Positions 58,427 to 64,000 of a DNA stretch of 64,000 nt are shown piece by piece. This DNA is from an uncultured Candidatus Saccharibacteria bacterium (GTDB lineage Bacteria > Patescibacteriota > Minisyncoccia > UBA6257), in NCBI GenBank assembly GCA_964618625.1, contig CAZUBI010000001.1:396901-460900 (forward strand). The letters are read 5' to 3'. Both the position numbers and the translations under genes were made by a program. Under the pieces are notes generated by a model, which saw nothing but the letters and a program-made list of their open reading frames with translations, did not search any database and had not been told where the DNA came from. The stretch's first letter is position 1. Every line of letters starts with the position of its first letter.

Positions 58427-59341
58427 ATGAAATTAGAAAAAGTTTTAGAAAAATTAAAAGAGCTTTTCGGTAAATGGGGTCTTGAGCAGAAAGATTGGAT
58501 TTTGGTTGCTAACTATGCTGTTAAACTACAAGGCTATGACGTAAGATTAAGAAAAGGCCATTTTAATACCATAGTTGATAAGAAAAAACTTCCTTGGAAC
58601 GTGAAGGAAGGTTTTGAAATTTTTCCACCGAAAAATTCAATATGGTCCAAGGATTATATTGAATGGATGAAATTAACTGGTTTTGAAACTGACCTGATAG
58701 CTTATGATAGCAGGAAGATTAAAAAGTATTTAAAATATAGTATCACTTATAAGCTTCCAAACAAGGGATCTATTTATTTAATAACAATGGAAGGTAATTT
58801 AATCAGCCTTAATGATTTTTTGGTTCATTGTCGAGAAGAAGAAGCAGGCATTGCTAAAGGTATGTACTTATTAGATGTTATTAAAAATTTACAAAAAGCA
58901 TCTAGAGAAAAAAAAGATGAAAAATCAATTCTTCTATCTGATAAAATATTGAAAAAGTATCAATTTTTAAATAAGAAAAAACCCCGGGAAGAAAAAATAA
59001 TATTTAAAGGAAGTATAAAAGGAGATGGAGTTTGCAGTGGAAAGGTTGTAGGTAGAGCAAAATTAATTAAAGGTAAAGGTAATAAATATATGGATATTAA
59101 GGGAAAGGTAATTTTAGTAGCTAAAATGACCTCTCCTGATTTTGTTATTATTATTAATAAAATTAAAGGCATGATTACTGATGAAGGTGGTAAATTATGC
59201 CACGCGGCAATTTTAGCAAGAGAATTTGAAATTCCTTGTATAATTGGGACGAAAGTAGCTACCAAAGTTATAAATAATGGTGATCTTATAGAATTGGATG
59301 CTGATTTTGGGATAGTAAGAATATTAGAAAGAAAGAAGTAA
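58427..59341 (+). CDS. Protein with C-terminal PEP-utilising enzyme mobile (phospho-His) domain
   Basis: MTSP, ITDEGGKLCHAAILAREFEIPCIIG; N-terminal domain unassigned. Confidence 0.8.
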   Translation: MKLEKVLEKLKELFGKWGLEQKDWILVANYAVKLQGYDVRLRKGHFNTIVDKKKLPWNVKEGFEIFPPKNSIWSKDYIEWMKLTGFETDLIAYDSRKIKKYLKYSITYKLPNKGSIYLITMEGNLISLNDFLVHCREEEAGIAKGMYLLDVIKNLQKASREKKDEKSILLSDKILKKYQFLNKKKPREEKIIFKGSIKGDGVCSGKVVGRAKLIKGKGNKYMDIKGKVILVAKMTSPDFVIIINKIKGMITDEGGKLCHAAILAREFEIPCIIGTKVATKVINNGDLIELDADFGIVRILERKK

Positions 59342-59380
59342 GTTACAGAAAAAATCTAATATTATTTAATTCCTAAGGTC

Positions 59381-59415
59381 AAAAAGGTTCCAACATCGTT
59401 CCATAGCCCCAGCCA
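59381..59415 (+). repeat. 31-bp cassette-end repeat, copy 3 (ends CCCCAGCCA)
   Basis: Identical 31-mer at 59381-59411 followed by GCCA. Confidence 0.92.
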
Positions 59416-59420
59416 AATAT

Positions 59421-60143
59421 TTATCCTCTAGCTAATACCAAACCGATGATTTTCTTCGCCCCTGATTTTTTTAATATACGAGCCGCTTCTTGCATTGTTG
59501 CTCCGGAGGTATAAACATCGTCAATTAAAATTATCCACTTATTTTTAATTAGATTTAAGCTAGAAATAGGAATTTGAAAAACATCTTTGGTATTTTTTTC
59601 TCTTTCAATAAAATTATTGATTTTTGCTTGAGGTGGATTATTTTTAATCCTAAGAAGAATTTTAGAATGAAAGTTTAGAGAAAAATGAGAAGCAATAACT
59701 TCTGTTAATAATTCTGATTGATTAAATCCTCTTTGCCTCTTTTTTCTTTTATGAAGTGGAATTGGAATTAGTAATATATTCTTTTTATTAATTTCAGAAA
59801 AAAAGTTGGTTTCTTTTAAAAATCTTATTATTAAACTAGCCAAAGGTTTTTGTAATGAAATAATTGGTTGATATTTAAAAAGATGAATAGTTTTTCTAAT
59901 AATTGAATTTTCATAAAAAGAAACTACGCCCAAAGCGAATAAATTGGTTTTACAAAAACAACAACGTTTTGAAAAATTAATTACTCTTTTTTTACAAACA
60001 GGACAAATAAAGGAATAATTAATTGGGATATTTTTTTGGCATTTTTTACAAAGCGGATAAGAAAGATGAACTTCTCTTTTGCAAGAAACGCATTGCCAAG
60101 GGAAAAAAGTGTCTAAAAATAATTTTAAAAAACGGCGGGGCAT
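59421..60143 (-). CDS. comF: ComF family competence protein
   Basis: Double zinc ribbon, PIPLH...RGFNQS, LIDDVYTSGAT; ATG at 60143. Confidence 0.9.
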   Translation of the reverse strand: MPRRFLKLFLDTFFPWQCVSCKREVHLSYPLCKKCQKNIPINYSFICPVCKKRVINFSKRCCFCKTNLFALGVVSFYENSIIRKTIHLFKYQPIISLQKPLASLIIRFLKETNFFSEINKKNILLIPIPLHKRKKRQRGFNQSELLTEVIASHFSLNFHSKILLRIKNNPPQAKINNFIEREKNTKDVFQIPISSLNLIKNKWIILIDDVYTSGATMQEAARILKKSGAKKIIGLVLARG

Positions 60144-60227
60144 AGATATTATGTTTGCATTTGGCAAAACATGTACTATATTATATAATATAGTTATAAT
60201 GTTGTATATAGTTATTTAGTAAAATAT

Positions 60228-61286
60228 ATGTTTTTCAATTTTTTTAAACAGAATATTTTTTTAGGCATAGACATTGGAACCACTTCAATTAAATTAGTGG
60301 AATTGCTAAAAACCAGACAAAAGATAGAATTGACTAATTATGGAATTTTGGAAAAGTACGGGCATTTAGAAAGGATCAATGACGCTATTCAAACTAATAG
60401 TTTTAAATTGTTAGAAGAAAGTACTGCTTTGCTTTTGAAGCAATTGATAGAGAAATCAAAAACGAAGAATCGGAAAACCTATATGGCTTTACCAAGTTTT
60501 TCTGGGTTTGTTTCAATTATGGAACTTCCAGAAATGTCAGATAAAGAACTTACTAAAGCAGTGAATTTTCAAGCAGGGCAGTATATCCCTATGTCTCTGC
60601 AGGAAACAACTTTAGATTGGCAAATTATAGAAAGAACAAATGGTAAAATTTTTGTTCTTTTAATGGCTGTACCAACTGATATTGTTAAAAGATATGTCCA
60701 AAGCGCAGAACTGGCTAAAATTAATTTAAAAGGTTTGGAATTAGAAACTGTGGCGGTTGCTCGCTTATTAGGTAAGAAAGAAACGGGTGTGGTAGCTTTA
60801 GTGGATATTGGGGGAAGAAGTACATCTATTAATATAATGGACAAGGGAGCGTTGAGAACAAGCCATAATGTAGATACTGCTGGTGGAGATTTTACCCAAG
60901 TTATTAGTAGTGGGTTGGGGATTAATCCTTTCAGAGCCGAGAAATTAAAAAGGGCATATGGTTTGAATATTCAGGCGCGCGGAGGAGTTAAAATTACAAA
61001 TCTTTTAATGCCATTATTAGATGTTATAAAAAGAGAAACAGAAAAAGCTATTAATAATTACTTTTTAAGAACCAAGAAGAAAGCAGAGAAGGTAATTTTA
61101 ACTGGTGGAGGCGCGAATCTTCAGGGATTGGAAGATTATTATTCTAAACAATTGGCTTTGCCTGTTATTAAAGGTGATCCTTTTTCTTGGGGATTAATTT
61201 CTTATAACCCAAATCTTTCTCCTATTATGAAAGATATTGGTCCAAGTTTAACCAGTGCTTGCGCTGTAGTATTTAAAGATATTTAA
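60228..61286 (+). CDS. pilM: Type IV pilus assembly protein PilM
   Basis: GIDIGTTSIK, VDIGG, LTGGGA. Confidence 0.9.
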   Translation: MFFNFFKQNIFLGIDIGTTSIKLVELLKTRQKIELTNYGILEKYGHLERINDAIQTNSFKLLEESTALLLKQLIEKSKTKNRKTYMALPSFSGFVSIMELPEMSDKELTKAVNFQAGQYIPMSLQETTLDWQIIERTNGKIFVLLMAVPTDIVKRYVQSAELAKINLKGLELETVAVARLLGKKETGVVALVDIGGRSTSINIMDKGALRTSHNVDTAGGDFTQVISSGLGINPFRAEKLKRAYGLNIQARGGVKITNLLMPLLDVIKRETEKAINNYFLRTKKKAEKVILTGGGANLQGLEDYYSKQLALPVIKGDPFSWGLISYNPNLSPIMKDIGPSLTSACAVVFKDI

Positions 61287-61296
61287 TTCCCTTGCC

Positions 61297-61322
61297 CCAT
61301 TAGAAGTTTACTTCTAATGGGA
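61297..61322. repeat. Intergenic palindrome
   Basis: CCCATTAGAAG-TTTA-CTTCTAATGGG. Confidence 0.6.
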
Positions 61323-61361
61323 CTTGCTTGATTTTTTAAAAAGAGGTAAAATATATAAAAT

Positions 61362-61904
61362 ATGCAGAATTTTGATTTAGAATCTCTAAAACCAAAAGAA
61401 CTTCCTCCTACTTGGCCAAAGGGGCTTTTGACATTTACTTTGGTGGTTTTTCTTATTACTGTGGGCGCTTATTTTGGATTAGATTATTGGAATAAGAATG
61501 AAGATGCGCAATTGGTTGTTTTGGAGGAAGAATTTCAAAATTTAAGATCTGATTTTCCTTTGCAAAAAGAGCGAGAAGCTATCCTTTTTGAAAAAAAATT
61601 AAATAGTTTAAGCAAACTGCTAACTAACCATACATATTTTTCTAAAGTATTGCTAGTTTTAGAAGAATTAACTCACCCTCAAATTTATTATACTAATCTG
61701 GATTTTTCAACAGATACAAATATGTTGATTTTAGAAGGTGTGGCTAGAAGCCAGGCGGTATTTAGTGAAGCTGTAAGCGGATTAGTAAATACTCCAGACA
61801 AAATTAAAGCTGTGGCAGTAAAGGATATGAAAATTGATAAGAATAAAAATATTGCTTTTTCTTTGTATGTTTTTATTCAACCAAGTTTATTAAAATATCA
61901 ATAA
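61362..61904 (+). CDS. PilN-like protein
   Basis: TM helix, coiled coil, L.EL..P motif; follows pilM. Confidence 0.7.
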   Translation: MQNFDLESLKPKELPPTWPKGLLTFTLVVFLITVGAYFGLDYWNKNEDAQLVVLEEEFQNLRSDFPLQKEREAILFEKKLNSLSKLLTNHTYFSKVLLVLEELTHPQIYYTNLDFSTDTNMLILEGVARSQAVFSEAVSGLVNTPDKIKAVAVKDMKIDKNKNIAFSLYVFIQPSLLKYQ

Positions 61905-61905
61905 G

Positions 61906-62460
61906 ATGACGGAGACTACTAAACAAAATCTTTCAATTTTATCAATTACTTTATTAATAGCAGCAACTATTTTTTTACTTGCTCGCTTTATTAAACCATC
62001 CTTTGACAAGACAAAAGAATTAACGCTAGGGATAAAGGAAACAGAAGAAAACATAAAGCTTTTACAAGAACATAAAACCAGGTCAGAGTTTTTAATCCAA
62101 AGTTATTTGAATTTAGGAGAGCAGGTAGAAAGTATTAACTTGGCCTTACCTGACAATCCGCAAACAGCTCAGGTGCTAGCTGTTCTGGATATGATTTCTA
62201 AAAATACTGGTATTTCTTTGAATAGTTTAAGTTTTCGTGAGATCACTAAAGATAGCCAGAATCATTTAGAAATTAAAACAAGATTTTCTGCAACCTATGA
62301 GAGTGCTAAAGAATGGATTAAAGAAGTTGAAAAAGAACTGCGTATCATTGACATTACTGAGTCTGATATTAAATCAAGTATTTCCTCAAAAGGTAAAGTA
62401 TCAGATATTTTAGAATATAATATTACACTAGTAACGTACTTTTTGTCTTATGGCGATTGA
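61906..62460 (+). CDS. PilO-like protein
   Basis: TM helix, coiled coil, LALP, E..LR..DI motif. Confidence 0.7.
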   Translation: MTETTKQNLSILSITLLIAATIFLLARFIKPSFDKTKELTLGIKETEENIKLLQEHKTRSEFLIQSYLNLGEQVESINLALPDNPQTAQVLAVLDMISKNTGISLNSLSFREITKDSQNHLEIKTRFSATYESAKEWIKEVEKELRIIDITESDIKSSISSKGKVSDILEYNITLVTYFLSYGD

Positions 62461-62743
62461 AATTAAAAAACAAAAAAAGAATAATATTTTACTATATCTC
62501 TTAATAATTTTAGTTTTATTTTTAATTGGCTGGATAGGTTGGAGTTTTTTTAAGCCTGGAGAAATCTTTCAAAAATCAGATATTGAAGATCTGCTTCCTC
62601 CTTCTTCGCAAGAATTAATTGAAGCCAAATTGGATATTGGGATAATTTTAAATCATTCTGTTTTCCAAACATTAAGCCCGCATATTACTTGGCCATTGGA
62701 TGTTCCTGATTTAGGCCGCGCCAATCCTTTTAAAGTGTTCTAA
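62450..62743 (+). CDS. Small membrane protein of the pil cluster
   Basis: TM helix and C-terminal GRANPF. Confidence 0.65.
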   Translation: MAIEIKKQKKNNILLYLLIILVLFLIGWIGWSFFKPGEIFQKSDIEDLLPPSSQELIEAKLDIGIILNHSVFQTLSPHITWPLDVPDLGRANPFKVF

Positions 62744-62747
62744 AGCC

Positions 62748-62820
62748 GTATTCAGTATTTTGTATTGAGTATAATTGATTATTATTCGTATATTTGTAAT
62801 AGATTCGTTATTCGTTGATT
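62748..62820. repeat. 7-nt-period degenerate tandem repeats
   Basis: GTATTCA GTATTTT GTATTGA GTATAAT, then ATTCGTW units. Confidence 0.6.
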
Positions 62821-62823
62821 ACT

Positions 62824-64000
62824 ATGATTCAAGAAGAACTTTTTCTTTCTGCTCTTATTCAAAAAGGGCTGATAAAACAAGCAGATGCTTACACGCTTTT
62901 ACAGGAAGCAAAAAGCCTGGAGAAAAGAGTTGAGGACATAATTTATGAGAAAAATTTAGTTGATGAGAAAAAACTCTCGCAGATTAAAAGCGAGCTTTTT
63001 AAATTACCAGTAAAAATATTTTCTAAAACCGAAATTATTCCTCAAAATGTTTTAAATTTGATTCCTGAAGACACAGCTCGTCATTATGGATTTATTGCTT
63101 TTAATAAGGAGAAAGATGTTTTAGATGTTGGAATGGTTTATCCTGATGATACAAAGGCGCAAAAGGCTGTAAAATTTATAGTAGAGCGATTAGGTTTAAA
63201 AATAAGGGTTTCAATCATCATTCCTTCTGATTTTAAAAATATTCTAAAGCAATACCAAACATTTGCTAAAGAGTTTGATAAGCTTTTGCAGGATTTTCAC
63301 AAAAGATTTAGTGGTGTGAAAAAAAAGAAATCACCTTTTGCGTTAGTGGATTTAGAATCTACTGTTGGGGCTGTAGCTGAAGAAGCGCCAATTATTAAAC
63401 TTTTTGCCTCAATATTAAAATATGCTGTTCGTTCACGGGCTTCTGATATACATATTGAACCTGAGCGTAATAAATTGAGGGTGCGTTTTCGTGTTGATGG
63501 CAATCTTTCCAGTACATTAAGTTTGCCTTTGGCAGTTCACCAGGCCATTATCACCCGTGTGAAAATAATGACTAATTTGAAAATTGATGAAACACGCTTG
63601 CCGCAAGATGGGCGTTTTTTCACTATTATAGATGATAAAGAAATAGATTTTAGAGTATCTACTTTTCCAACTGCTTTAGGAGAAAAAATAGCAATTAGAA
63701 TTTTGGATCCAACTTCTGGATTAAAAAGCATTCATGAATTAGGTTTGGAAGGAAGAAATTTGGAGATCCTTCAGACCGAAATGTTTAAACCGTACGGAAT
63801 GATTTTAATTACAGGGCCTACAGGTTCAGGAAAAACAACTACTTTATACGCAATCATGCAAATATTGAATCAAGATAAAGTAAACATTGTTAGCTTGGAA
63901 GATCCTGTTGAATATACAATGGAAGGGATTAATCAGTCCCAGGTTCTTCCTGAGATTGGATATACTTTTGCGCGCGGATTACGCCATATGGTTAGGCAAG
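62824..64000 (+). CDS. pilB: GspE/PilB family ATPase (partial, runs off window)
   Basis: Manual translation from ATG 62824: ASDIHIEP, RFRVDG, RLPQDGR, ITGPTGSGKTTTLY, LEDPVEY. Confidence 0.9.
   Translation, partial: MIQEELFLSALIQKGLIKQADAYTLLQEAKSLEKRVEDIIYEKNLVDEKKLSQIKSELFKLPVKIFSKTEIIPQNVLNLIPEDTARHYGFIAFNKEKDVLDVGMVYPDDTKAQKAVKFIVERLGLKIRVSIIIPSDFKNILKQYQTFAKEFDKLLQDFHKRFSGVKKKKSPFALVDLESTVGAVAEEAPIIKLFASILKYAVRSRASDIHIEPERNKLRVRFRVDGNLSSTLSLPLAVHQAIITRVKIMTNLKIDETRLPQDGRFFTIIDDKEIDFRVSTFPTALGEKIAIRILDPTSGLKSIHELGLEGRNLEILQTEMFKPYGMILITGPTGSGKTTTLYAIMQILNQDKVNIVSLEDPVEYTMEGINQSQVLPEIGYTFARGLRHMVRQ

Larger units (their letters stand above)
56277..59415 (+). mobile_element. tRNA-anchored array of three repeat-delimited gene cassettes
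   Basis: tRNA-Gln-like 3' fragment at 56277-56304, three identical 31-bp repeats, and a 45-bp leader present twice. Confidence 0.7.

Noticed and set aside
56891-59411. 31-bp repeats as a CRISPR array or classical integron attC sites
   Set aside because: Spacers are 1.0-1.4 kb and contain genes; no cas or intI gene in the window; the repeat lacks the attC palindrome.

Overview
AT-rich bacterial chromosome segment read in standard code 11. It looks like Patescibacteria/CPR (Parcubacteria-like): short IF-2, alpha2-type GlyRS, split transketolase, a pilMNO/pilB cluster, AT-rich start regions without Shine-Dalgarno motifs, and tRNA-Ile(UAU), Arg(UCG) and Arg(GCG). The backbone is housekeeping (gyrA, trpS, argS, uppP, cca, infB, rpsO, pnp, ftsH, rluD, rplS, recG, recO, glyQS, metG, tatD, rnj, secG, gpmI, rny, hup, tkt, fbaB, comF, pil) with 17 tRNA genes. 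Almost all accessory DNA abuts a tRNA. (1) An integrase-free array of three gene cassettes follows tRNA-Ser(CGA); each ends in an identical 31-bp repeat that mimics a tRNA 3' end. (2) A lone adenylosuccinate-synthetase-family gene with PurZ/PurZ0 (2-aminoadenine) signatures lies between two tRNAs. (3) Three free-standing LAGLIDADG-type genes adjoin tRNAs, and two of them end on the UAG at tRNA positions 8-10. (4) A methyltransferase-SpeD-YhhQ module is bounded by a perfect 29-bp direct repeat. (5) Several small dispersed repeat families occur, some inserted in frame into core proteins. All calls come from manual reading and motif recall; no searches were run.
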